In this document: one piece after another, positions 21,223-28,954 of the stretch
How positions within the stretch are numbered: the first letter of the stretch is position 1
Layout of the letters: the number at the start of each line of letters is the position of its first letter
From: Chthoniobacteraceae bacterium
GTDB taxonomy: Bacteria > Verrucomicrobiota > Verrucomicrobiia > Chthoniobacterales > Chthoniobacteraceae
Direction of reading: 5' to 3'
Length of the DNA stretch: 64,000 nucleotides
Assembly (NCBI GenBank): GCA_036266845.1
Contig: DATAXI010000071.1
Span: forward strand, 2,646-66,645
Program-made: the position numbers and the translations under genes
The notes under the pieces: model-generated
The model's input: only the letters and a program-made list of their open reading frames with translations
What the model was told of the DNA's origin: nothing
Database searches by the model: none

Positions 21223-22797
21223 TTATTGGATTTCCGCCGGGCTGTCTCGCTTCGTCACCGTCACGTCCCGGATGGAGTATTTGTCGTATTGATCGCCGTC
21301 GGAATCGAGGCAGAACTCGTAGGCCCACATCCCCACAAATTCATCGTCATCGATCTTCCAACTCATCGTGTGCCATTGCCCATCGCCCGGCACCGTGTAC
21401 CAGCCGCTGTTCTTGAATCCGCTGGTCGATTCATAACGCAGCTTGAAGCCCGCATTCCGCGCCGGATCATCCCGCCGCACCGTCACGCGAATCTCGATCG
21501 GCTCCGGCGTGTAGGTCAGGAAAGCCGGATCCACGTAAAACGCCGTGCGGGAGAGCGCGCGCAGGCCGTGCCCGCCATCCGGCGCGCCCTGGATCAGCGA
21601 GACGGACTTCGCCTCCGAGTAATCCCCGCCAAACCCCAGCGGAACCTTCACCGCTCCATCCGCGCCCATGCCCAGGATTAACACTGACGAGCTGGTTACA
21701 TCGCGCGCCGCGGTTTGCTCATTTTTGCCGGTAATCGGGTCCACAAAATCGAGCGCCCGGCCTGATTGCACGCGGAATGGCGCATCCCGGCGCGCCCATT
21801 CGATCCACACGATTCGCCCGCCGGCGCCCCGGAAGCAAAAGCTGCATGGATCGTGCGGGTTGCGTCCCAGGTATTCCGGGCGTTCGCCCAGGTATTGGAT
21901 CATCTGCGCCATCGCGGTATAGGCCGGGCGGGCCCTGCCTTTCGCATCCAGCAATCCCATTGGCCCGCTGTCTCCGTCCATGCCCTCGAACCACTCGATG
22001 CACTCGACCCCCTGCGCAATGCCCAGCGTGTACGCTTTCACCAGCGCCTGCGCCTGGGTATCCTCCCCTTTGCGCGCATCGCAGCCGATTTCCGTAAAGA
22101 TGATGGGCACATTCTCCCGTGCCGGGTCCTGGGCCGCCAGCATCTTGCGCACCGCCGGCACAATGTTGAGGAACCCGGGCTCGTAGCCGGCGCAATCGGC
22201 CACGGCATCCAGCGCCTCATAGGGATGCAGCACCACAAAGTCGAAGTGATCCTTTGCCCCCGCCTGGATGGCGCGCTCCAGATAATTCACATCCACGGAT
22301 TTCGCCGCGAGGCCCACCTTGCAGCCGGGATCGATGCCATGCGCCGCGTCATACGCGCTGACGACGATCTTTGCGTAATCCGCCGGTGTCTGGTCGCGCC
22401 CGGTGAAGTTCGGCGGCTCGTTCCACACCTCCCAATATTGGATGCGTCCGCCGGCCTTTTTCACCCAATCGGCCACATAAGCGGACCAGGCCGGGATATC
22501 CTGGACCGGCAAGCGGCCTGGCGCGTCCACCGCATCCCCGGGCGGCGTGCCAAGCAGCAATCCGCCAAATTGAATGTGATAACCCGCCAGATAATCCATT
22601 TGTCCCGGTGCGGCTGTCCGCATCATTCGGATCCCGATCGCCGCCATTTGCGGGATCCACGGCGCGAGATTGCGCCCTGTGCGTGAATCGCCGCCGATCC
22701 CGAACACCGCCGGAAACTGCCCCCGCGCGGAAAACTGGAACAGGAGCAAACAGAGCAAGCAGAGAAGGCCGGCGCCCGGCCATCCGGTTTTTCTCAT
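21223..22797 (-). CDS. secreted glycoside hydrolase, clan GH-A TIM-barrel type (family not assignable by eye) with C-terminal beta-sandwich
   Basis: Signal peptide. IQYWEVWNEPPNF (acid/base NEP motif) and PIIFTEIG (nucleophile TE motif). Confidence 0.6.
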   Translation of the reverse strand: MRKTGWPGAGLLCLLCLLLFQFSARGQFPAVFGIGGDSRTGRNLAPWIPQMAAIGIRMMRTAAPGQMDYLAGYHIQFGGLLLGTPPGDAVDAPGRLPVQDIPAWSAYVADWVKKAGGRIQYWEVWNEPPNFTGRDQTPADYAKIVVSAYDAAHGIDPGCKVGLAAKSVDVNYLERAIQAGAKDHFDFVVLHPYEALDAVADCAGYEPGFLNIVPAVRKMLAAQDPARENVPIIFTEIGCDARKGEDTQAQALVKAYTLGIAQGVECIEWFEGMDGDSGPMGLLDAKGRARPAYTAMAQMIQYLGERPEYLGRNPHDPCSFCFRGAGGRIVWIEWARRDAPFRVQSGRALDFVDPITGKNEQTAARDVTSSSVLILGMGADGAVKVPLGFGGDYSEAKSVSLIQGAPDGGHGLRALSRTAFYVDPAFLTYTPEPIEIRVTVRRDDPARNAGFKLRYESTSGFKNSGWYTVPGDGQWHTMSWKIDDDEFVGMWAYEFCLDSDGDQYDKYSIRDVTVTKRDSPAEIQ

Positions 22798-22965
22798 TTC
22801 GTTTTCAGGTGCGCGACCGGTCATGTTCGATCATTCGTCATGGGCGGATGTTCACCCATTCTTTCACAATTCGCCATTGATTCAGTGGTTCCAGAATTGG
22901 GAAGGTTTTTTTAATGGCGGCGCTTGCTTCGCCCGGCTCATAATTCATTTTTTCATCATTATTCC

Positions 22966-23517
22966 ATGGCTCTTACCTCTTCCATGCTTCCGCTCGGCAC
23001 CGCCGCGCCGGACTTTCGCCTTCCCGATGTCACCACTGGCCGCCTCACCACCCTGGCCGATTTTTCCGACAAGGAGGCGCTGCTCGTCATGTTCATCTGC
23101 AAGCATTGCCCCTACGTTGTCCATGTGCTGCCGGAGCTTACCCATCTGGGTCTCGATTATGCCGGCTGCACTCTCGGCATCGTCGCGATTTCCTCCAACG
23201 ATCCCATTGCCTACCCCGACGATGCTCCCGAGCGCCTGAAGCGCATGGCCGCCGAGGCCGACTTCCAGTTCCCCCTCCTCTTCGATGAATCGCAGGATGT
23301 CGCCCGCGCTTACGATGCCATCTGCACCCCGGATTTCTTCCTCTTCGACGCCGAGCGCAAGCTCGTCTATCGCGGCCAGCTCGACGACTCCCGTCCCAAC
23401 CGTGGCGCCGCCGATGGCAAAGACCTTCGCGCAGCCATCGAAGCCGTCCTGAGCGGCGATCCCGTTCCCCCGCTTCAAAAGCCCAGCACCGGCTGCGGCA
23501 TCAAGTGGCGCAAGTAG
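22966..23517 (+). CDS. thioredoxin-fold thiol-disulfide oxidoreductase (AhpC/TSA-like)
   Basis: LPLGTAAPDFRLPD ... LLVMFICKHCPYV (CxxC). ATG 22966 preferred. Confidence 0.8.
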   Translation: MALTSSMLPLGTAAPDFRLPDVTTGRLTTLADFSDKEALLVMFICKHCPYVVHVLPELTHLGLDYAGCTLGIVAISSNDPIAYPDDAPERLKRMAAEADFQFPLLFDESQDVARAYDAICTPDFFLFDAERKLVYRGQLDDSRPNRGAADGKDLRAAIEAVLSGDPVPPLQKPSTGCGIKWRK

Positions 23518-23681
23518 TGATGCCCTGGGGTATGGCATCGCAAGGAACATTGTGACCGCTCCGCGGTCTGGCAAGTGACGTTCCGGGGGCGGCGCGGGCG
23601 GATCGCGCTCCCCGGGAACATCGATTCAAGATCGTCGGGCAACGCCGCGGCCGAGGCGGCGGCTTCACTTCCGCGCGTCCA

Positions 23682-24662
23682 TCACTGCCCCGGCGTGGCT
23701 GCGGGCGCGGCCGCGGGCATGGAGAGCTTTGAGACATCGATGAGCGGCATCACGCCGCTGCTTGCGCCGTTGGTGAACATCGGCAGGCGCCCGTCCCAGC
23801 GCTGCAATTGCTCATACTGGATGAGCGCCGGCGTGATGCTCTTTGAGAGCAAATCATTCGCGGCGGCCTGCGCCTTGGCCTTGGTCAGCGTCGCCTGTGC
23901 ATCGCCTTCCGCCTGTGCTTTCACGGCATTGGCCTGGCCGGTGGCCTGCGCGACATCCTGCTGAGCTTTCACCTCCGCCTGCGCCAGCAGATACTTCTGC
24001 TGCTCGGAGGCCTGCTGCGCCTGGATTTTTTGCGCAAGCGCCTGCTGGAGCGCCTCTGGCAGATGCACCTCGCGGATGCCGAAGGAAACCAGATTGAGGT
24101 GGCGCCGCTCGAATTCCTTCGTCAGCACATCGGTGATTTGCTGGACGATATCGCCGCGCTTGGTGGAAGTGATCTCCTCCCAGCCGTACTGCGCGCACAC
24201 CACCGGCACCTGGGAGCGCGTGTATTGGCGCACCACGCTATCCTCCACGGTTTCGATGGGCGCGCCGCCCCAGTCGGTATAGAGCGCCGCCGCCTGATCC
24301 TGCTCCACCTGGTATTGGATCACGACATCGAGGTTGATCTGCTGGCCCTCGTCGCTCTGGATCTTGATGGAATCATCGCCCGGACGGGAGCCCTCTCCCT
24401 CCGCCTGCACCATGGAGTAGGTCTGGATGGTTACCGGGTATTCCTGGATCGCTTCCGAGAACGGATTGATAAAGGCCCAGCCGGGATTCAGCGCGCCGGT
24501 GGTCACCCGGTGATTGGCCTTGTCGAAAACAATGCCCACGTAGCCGGGCCGGATGCTGCGCCAGGCGGAGAAGGTGATGACGAGCAGTGCGAGCAGGACC
24601 ACGGCGGCAATGACCAGGGTGAAGAGTTTGCCAGTCGGGGCGGAATAGGAATTATCGGGCAT
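23682..24662 (-). CDS. SPFH/band 7 (prohibitin/HflC-like) membrane protein
   Basis: N-terminal TM, then SIRPGYVGIVFDK..., an SPFH core and an Ala/Gln-rich coiled-coil tail. Confidence 0.85.
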   Translation of the reverse strand: MPDNSYSAPTGKLFTLVIAAVVLLALLVITFSAWRSIRPGYVGIVFDKANHRVTTGALNPGWAFINPFSEAIQEYPVTIQTYSMVQAEGEGSRPGDDSIKIQSDEGQQINLDVVIQYQVEQDQAAALYTDWGGAPIETVEDSVVRQYTRSQVPVVCAQYGWEEITSTKRGDIVQQITDVLTKEFERRHLNLVSFGIREVHLPEALQQALAQKIQAQQASEQQKYLLAQAEVKAQQDVAQATGQANAVKAQAEGDAQATLTKAKAQAAANDLLSKSITPALIQYEQLQRWDGRLPMFTNGASSGVMPLIDVSKLSMPAAAPAATPGQ

Positions 24663-24701
24663 AGGGTGGGTTGGGTCTGTTGGGTTGGGTTGGATTCGGT
24701 T

Positions 24702-24902
24702 TCAAATATCGATGGTGGATGGAGGCTTCTTTTTGCCGTTGGCCTTGCGCCGGGGAAAATGCTCGCGCAACCACCGGATGACGCAGGGAGTCAGGATGCG
24801 GCCGATCCACAGGGCGACCACGACAAGCAGGATCGCCACGGCGCCTTCCAGCAAGGTGGGGCTCATGAAGCGAGCATATTCCCGGGCCTGATTATAAACC
24901 AA
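24702..24902 (-). CDS. small single-TM membrane protein (hypothetical), upstream of the SPFH gene
   Basis: ORF with one hydrophobic helix (LLEGAVAILLVVVALWIGRIL) and a basic tail. Sits 39 nt upstream of the SPFH gene on the same strand. Confidence 0.35.
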   Translation of the reverse strand: MVYNQAREYARFMSPTLLEGAVAILLVVVALWIGRILTPCVIRWLREHFPRRKANGKKKPPSTIDI

Positions 24903-25043
24903 GAGGATTGATTATAGGGGAGCTTTCCCCTTCCCGCCGATGGGCATCGCAAATGGGGATGCAGGAAAGGGTTTGAACTCTGGCGCCGTTGCGCTAACGT
25001 TTCCTCCCAAGGTGCAATTTCATCATTCCAGCCGACTTATGCC

Positions 25044-25096
25044 GCTCCGCGGGCCGATCGCCTCCATGGCTGGATGCGATGGGCGCGGAGCTTTTT
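25044..25096 (+). promoter_or_regulatory. intrinsic-terminator-like hairpin + T5 tract in the leuA leader (possible attenuator)
   Basis: GCTCCGCGGGCCGATCGC...GCGATGGGCGCGGAGC long stem followed by TTTTT, about 80 nt upstream of the leuA ATG. No plus-strand gene upstream for it to terminate. Confidence 0.5.
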
Positions 25097-25177
25097 CGGC
25101 ATAGCTCGGCGGCTGTCCCCTGGGGAGGCGGCTGCTGCCGCTTAAACCATTGATCCCATCCCCTTGAGTTTCACCTT

Positions 25178-26848
25178 ATGACTTCCCATTTCAGCAGCAG
25201 CAAGTATCGCCCATTCCCGCCGGTCCATTTGCCGGAGCGCGAGTGGCCCAACCGCATCCTGACCACGGCCCCCATCTGGTGCAGCGTGGACCTCCGCGAT
25301 GGCAACCAGGCGCTGCCCGTGCCGATGAACGTCGCGCGCAAGATCGAGCTCTTCGACACACTGGTCGCGTGCGGTTTCAAGGAAATCGAGGTCGGTTTCC
25401 CGTCCGCCTCCAATACGGAGTTCGAGTTCAATCGCAGGCTCATCGAGGAGGGCCGCATCCCGGATGACGTGACCGTGCAGGTGCTTGTCCAGGCGCGCGA
25501 GGATTTGATCGAGCGCACCGTGGAGTCCCTCATCGGCGCAAGGCGGGCCATCATCCATCTCTACAATTCCACTTCGCCCGCGCAGCGGCGGTACGTCTTC
25601 GGCATGGAAAAGCCGGAGATCGTCCAGGTCGCGCGGCGGGGCGCGCAATGGATCAAGGATCGCCTGCCGCGCCTGGCGGGCACGGACGTCGTCTTCCAGT
25701 ATTCGCCGGAGAGTTTCTCCGCTACCGAGATCGAATTCTCCCTGGAGATCTGCGAGGCCGTCATGGAGGTGTGGCAGCCCACCGCCGCGCGCCGCATGAT
25801 TCTCAACCTGCCGGATACCGTCGAAGTCGCGATGCCGAATGTGTACGCCGACCAGATCGAGTGGTTCTGCCGCAACCTGAAGCATCGCGACCGCGCGATC
25901 GTCTCCGTGCACACGCACAATGACCGCGGCACCGGAGTCGCCGCCACGGAGCTGGCCCTGCTGGCCGGCGCGGAGCGCGTGGAGGGCACCCTCTTTGGAA
26001 ACGGCGAGCGCACCGGCAATCTGGACATCGTCACCGTGGCGCTGAACTTGTACATGCACGGCATCGATCCCGGCCTCAATTTCTCCAACCTGAACGCCGT
26101 CCGCCAGGCCTATGAGAAATGCACCGGCATGACGGTGCCCGAGCGCCAGCCGTATGCCGGCGAGCTGGTCTTCACCGCCTTCTCCGGCTCCCACCAGGAT
26201 GCCATCAAGAAAGGATTGGCCGCCATGGCCGAGCGCCAGCGCAACGGCGAAAACCCGGCGTGGGACGTGCCCTACCTGACCATCGATCCCGCCGATCTCG
26301 GGCGCCATTACCGCGAGGTCATCCGCGTGAACAGCCAATCCGGCAAGGGCGGCATGGCCTACCTGCTGGAGAGCGAGTTCGGCATCGTCCTGCCCAAGGA
26401 GATGCAGCGCGAATTTGGCCCGCTGGCCAATGACGAGGTGGACCGGCTGGGCCGCGAAGTGACCGCCGGCGAGCTGCGCGAAATCTTCTGGCGCGAGTAC
26501 ATCGAGCAGGACGGCGGCCCCGTCACCCTCGAGCAGTTTGAAACCGAGAATCGCAACGGCGTTGTCCATTGCAAAGCCCTGCTCCGCGATGCCGGCCAGC
26601 CGCGCACCATCGAGGGCGAGGGGAACGGCCCCATCGCCGCCTTCGTCAAGGCGCTCGGCCTCCCCGGCCTGCAGGTTGCCAATTACCAGGAGCACGCGCT
26701 CTCCTTCGGCGCGGAGGCCACGGCCATCGCCTATATCCAGATCAAGCTGGGCGATCACCGCACCATCTGGGGCGCCGCCGTCGATACCAACATCGAGCTC
26801 GCCCCCATCAAGGCCCTCCTCAGCGCCGTAAACCGCAGCCGGAAGTAG
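25178..26848 (+). CDS. leuA: 2-isopropylmalate synthase (long, LeuA type 2 form)
   Basis: WCSVDLRDGNQAL, HTHNDRGTGVA, and a C-terminal LeuA dimerisation/regulatory domain. 556 aa. Confidence 0.95.
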   Translation: MTSHFSSSKYRPFPPVHLPEREWPNRILTTAPIWCSVDLRDGNQALPVPMNVARKIELFDTLVACGFKEIEVGFPSASNTEFEFNRRLIEEGRIPDDVTVQVLVQAREDLIERTVESLIGARRAIIHLYNSTSPAQRRYVFGMEKPEIVQVARRGAQWIKDRLPRLAGTDVVFQYSPESFSATEIEFSLEICEAVMEVWQPTAARRMILNLPDTVEVAMPNVYADQIEWFCRNLKHRDRAIVSVHTHNDRGTGVAATELALLAGAERVEGTLFGNGERTGNLDIVTVALNLYMHGIDPGLNFSNLNAVRQAYEKCTGMTVPERQPYAGELVFTAFSGSHQDAIKKGLAAMAERQRNGENPAWDVPYLTIDPADLGRHYREVIRVNSQSGKGGMAYLLESEFGIVLPKEMQREFGPLANDEVDRLGREVTAGELREIFWREYIEQDGGPVTLEQFETENRNGVVHCKALLRDAGQPRTIEGEGNGPIAAFVKALGLPGLQVANYQEHALSFGAEATAIAYIQIKLGDHRTIWGAAVDTNIELAPIKALLSAVNRSRK

Positions 26849-27043
26849 CGGCATGACTTGAGCTGCGGCAAATGCCCGCTTGATCAACCCAGCGCCCGAT
26901 TTTTAGCGCCGGGCGGTCGAAATAGATGCCTCGGGCCGACAGACGAGCGGTGGGGTCTTCCTGCGAAACGGCGGGAGCCTCGCTTCAACACGTCGAAATA
27001 TACGGTGGTTTGCATCGGATAAATTCGGTATTGTATCCAACAA

Positions 27044-27232
27044 ATGAGTGGCATCACGTTCATGGTCGATTCACACGGCAGGAAGACCGCCGCCGTTATC
27101 GACTTGCGCCGGCATCGCAAGCTGTTGGAGGACTTCTTCGACAATCTCGTAGCCGAATCTCGCGCAAGCGAGCCCAGGGAAAGCCTCGCATCGGTAAAAC
27201 GCCGCCTCAAGCTCGCCGGGAAACGTGGCTGA
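27044..27232 (+). CDS. type II antitoxin (small, upstream partner of the RelE/ParE-like gene)
   Basis: 62 aa with an 8-nt overlap onto the toxin ORF. The pattern ...GRKTAAVIDLRRHRKLLEDFFD...SLASVKRRLK is typical of antitoxins paired with RelE/ParE toxins. Confidence 0.65.
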   Translation: MSGITFMVDSHGRKTAAVIDLRRHRKLLEDFFDNLVAESRASEPRESLASVKRRLKLAGKRG

Positions 27233-27492
27233 TTATTCGGTTACCTTCGCCCGCTCCGCGCGCAAAGAGCTTGAGAATCTGCCTTCGTCAATAGCCCAAC
27301 GAATCATCGAACGTATCGAGCCTTTGGTTTCGATTCCACGTCCCTCGGGCTCGATCAAATTGAAGGGCAACAAGGAATCTGTGGAGGCTGCGCATTGGCG
27401 ACTACCGGGTCATCTATAGCATCGACGACTCCGCTCGCGTAATCGACATCTCCGCCGTCCGCCACAGGCGGGAGGCCTATTTCGACATTTAG
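27225..27492 (+). pseudogene. RelE/ParE family toxin, disrupted by a 1-nt frameshift near 27381
   Basis: Frame 1 reads MADYSVTFARSARKELENLP...IKLKGNKES. Skipping G27381 restores WRLRIGDYRVIYSIDDSARVIDISAVRHRREAYFDI*, the canonical RelE/ParE C-terminus ending at TAG 27490-27492. Confidence 0.8.
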
Positions 27493-27567
27493 AATTGTCA
27501 GTCAGTCCGCAATCCCGTCATTGAGATTCCCCAATTCCCCGCCTATCTTCGCCTGCCCGCATACCAT

Positions 27568-27606
27568 GGAAGGGTGGCAGAGCGGTCTAATGCGCCGGTC
27601 TTGAAA
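27568..27606 (+). pseudogene. tRNA-Ser 5'-half fragment (acceptor 5' strand through anticodon loop), 38/39 identical to 28412..28450
   Basis: GGAAGGGTGGCAGAGcGGTCTAATGCGCCGGTCTTGAAA. The downstream sequence cannot close the anticodon stem and lacks the CCCTTCC 3' acceptor strand. Confidence 0.85.
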
Positions 27607-27883
27607 TTCGAAAGGGTGTCTTTGGACCGAATTGGACAGGGTTGGTCACACCTCGTCCGCCCGCTCTGGCGCTTGGTTTGCGGGCGATTCCATCGTGGTC
27701 AACACTGGTCGCGACTGGCGCCGAGCGGTCGATGTGGACATTGCATCTGGTTGCCAAACGCGCCGGGGGGTCCTGCGTCATGTTGCCCAATGACATTGCG
27801 CCGTCCTGATTGTTCGCGGCGGGTCATTCTTTGTATGGGTTTTGCGGGTAGCCAAACGATACGTTCTCTGCGACATTTACTGC

Positions 27884-28102
27884 ATGAAACGAGAGTTTAG
27901 TGTCGTGATTGAGCGCGATGCCGAAGGCTACTTCGTAGCGAGCGTTCCTGAGTTGCATGGATGTCACACGCAGGCGCGCTCCCTCGATAAGCTACTTTCT
28001 CGCATCCGCGAGGCCATCGAGTTGTGCCTGGAGGTGGAGGGTTTCGCTGAGGCAAATGCTTCCGAGTTTGTCGGCATACAGAGGGTTGCCGTGGAGGTAT
28101 GA
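27884..28102 (+). CDS. hicB: HicB-family antitoxin (short form, UPF0150 fold only)
   Basis: FSVVIERDAEGYFVASVPELHGCHTQARSLDKLLSRIREAIELCLE. ATGA overlap with hicA. Confidence 0.85.
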   Translation: MKREFSVVIERDAEGYFVASVPELHGCHTQARSLDKLLSRIREAIELCLEVEGFAEANASEFVGIQRVAVEV

Positions 28103-28320
28103 GCCGCCTGCGGCTCCGAGGCCGCGAGCTTATCCGGGCACTCCAGAGGGCTGGCTTTACGGTGATGCGCGTCAAGGTTAGTCATCATTTCATGCGTCAC
28201 CCGGACGGGCGCACGACAGTAGTACCCGTGCATGCGGGCGAAACGATTGGGCCGGGCTTGCTCAACCAAATTCTCAGCGATATCGAACTCACAAGAGAAG
28301 AATTACAGAACCTGCTTTGA
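28099..28320 (+). CDS. hicA: HicA-family mRNA interferase toxin
   Basis: RELIRALQRAGF..., VSHHFMRHPDGRTTVVPVHAGETIGPGLLNQIL. GGAGG Shine-Dalgarno 2 nt upstream of the ATG. Confidence 0.88.
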   Translation: MSRLRLRGRELIRALQRAGFTVMRVKVSHHFMRHPDGRTTVVPVHAGETIGPGLLNQILSDIELTREELQNLL

Positions 28321-28337
28321 ACCGCGGTTCAACCCAT

Positions 28338-28362
28338 GCGGCTGGCGCAGCCGCCGGCTTTT
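28338..28362 (+). terminator. rho-independent terminator after hicA
   Basis: GCGGCTG-GCG-CAGCCGC stem-loop followed by CGGCTTTTGG. Confidence 0.5.
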
Positions 28363-28411
28363 GGATTTCAACTTTTTAAAAATGATTTAAGCTCTCAGAA
28401 ATCACCGCTCA

Positions 28412-28496
28412 GGAAGGGTGGCAGAGTGGTCTAATGCGCCGGTCTTGAAAACCGGAGTGCCGCAAGGCACCGTGGGTTCGAATCCCACCCCTTCCG
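28412..28496 (+). tRNA. tRNA-Ser (anticodon UGA), CCA not encoded
   Basis: Folds by eye: acceptor GGAAGGG/CCCTTCC, anticodon arm CCGGT-CTTGAAA-ACCGG, long variable arm GTGCC-GCAA-GGCAC, T arm GTGGG-TTCGAAT-CCCAC, discriminator G. Close to E. coli tRNA-Ser(UGA). Confidence 0.95.
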
Positions 28497-28703
28497 CCGT
28501 TTCCTAAGGCTCTCCGGTTTAGCATCTTATGGCTTCAAAGGGTGGAAAAGGTCATTGAGTATCAGTGAAGGTGTTAGTAAGACCGGATGCGTCGGGGGAT
28601 TTCTCGGAAATTCCTCATCATTCGCTGAGAAACCGCCATGGCGATCTGAAGGTTTCAAATCGTGTCCCCACAATGAAAGATACGAATGCATAATCGATAC
28701 ACA

Positions 28704-28903
28704 ATGTTCCGGCGCGGAGCAGTGTTCTATTGTGAAGCCGAACCGTCGGGCGGCAGAAAAGCCTGCTGACACGCGACGAAACGGAAGCGCAGAGAATCCT
28801 GCACGCCAAGAATGATGCGATGAACCAACCGCGCGCAGGAAAGTTTCGCCTGAGCGGGCATTTCGCGAAGGCCTACCGTCGGTCTTGCTCAAAGTGTCTC
28901 TGA
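28704..28903 (+). pseudogene. possible tyrosine-integrase N-terminal remnant (frameshifted, truncated)
   Basis: MFRRGAVFYCEAEPSGGRK then, one frame over, SLLTRDETEAQRILHAKNDAMNQP. This matches my recollection of the FRRGxxxY...GKQxSLxTxDxxEAxxLLxAKNEAxxQP N-terminus of a PVC/Acidobacteria integrase family. No catalytic domain follows. Confidence 0.35.
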
Positions 28904-28954
28904 CGTTTGATTGCCCGGTTGCGAAGCCATACCGAGTTTGATACCCTGATTTTC

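Noticed and set aside
24903-25043. Leucine-rich leader peptide or T-box upstream of leuA
   Set aside because: The short ORFs present contain at most two Leu codons each and no consecutive run of them. No T-box consensus was seen. Only the terminator hairpin is reported.
25142-26887. 581-aa minus-strand ORF covering the whole leuA region
   Set aside because: It is exactly antisense to an unmistakable leuA and its translation is Gly/Ala/Arg/Asp-rich low complexity. This is the typical stop-codon-poor antisense frame of high-GC DNA.
27574-27900. 108-aa plus-strand ORF between the tRNA fragment and hicB
   Set aside because: It starts inside the tRNA-Ser fragment, is Cys/Arg/Trp-rich without motifs, and overlaps the hicB start. 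Treated as non-coding spacer.
28555-28815. 86-aa ORF just downstream of tRNA-Ser
   Set aside because: No motif. The same DNA read in two other frames gives the integrase-like N-terminal remnant, which explains the region better.
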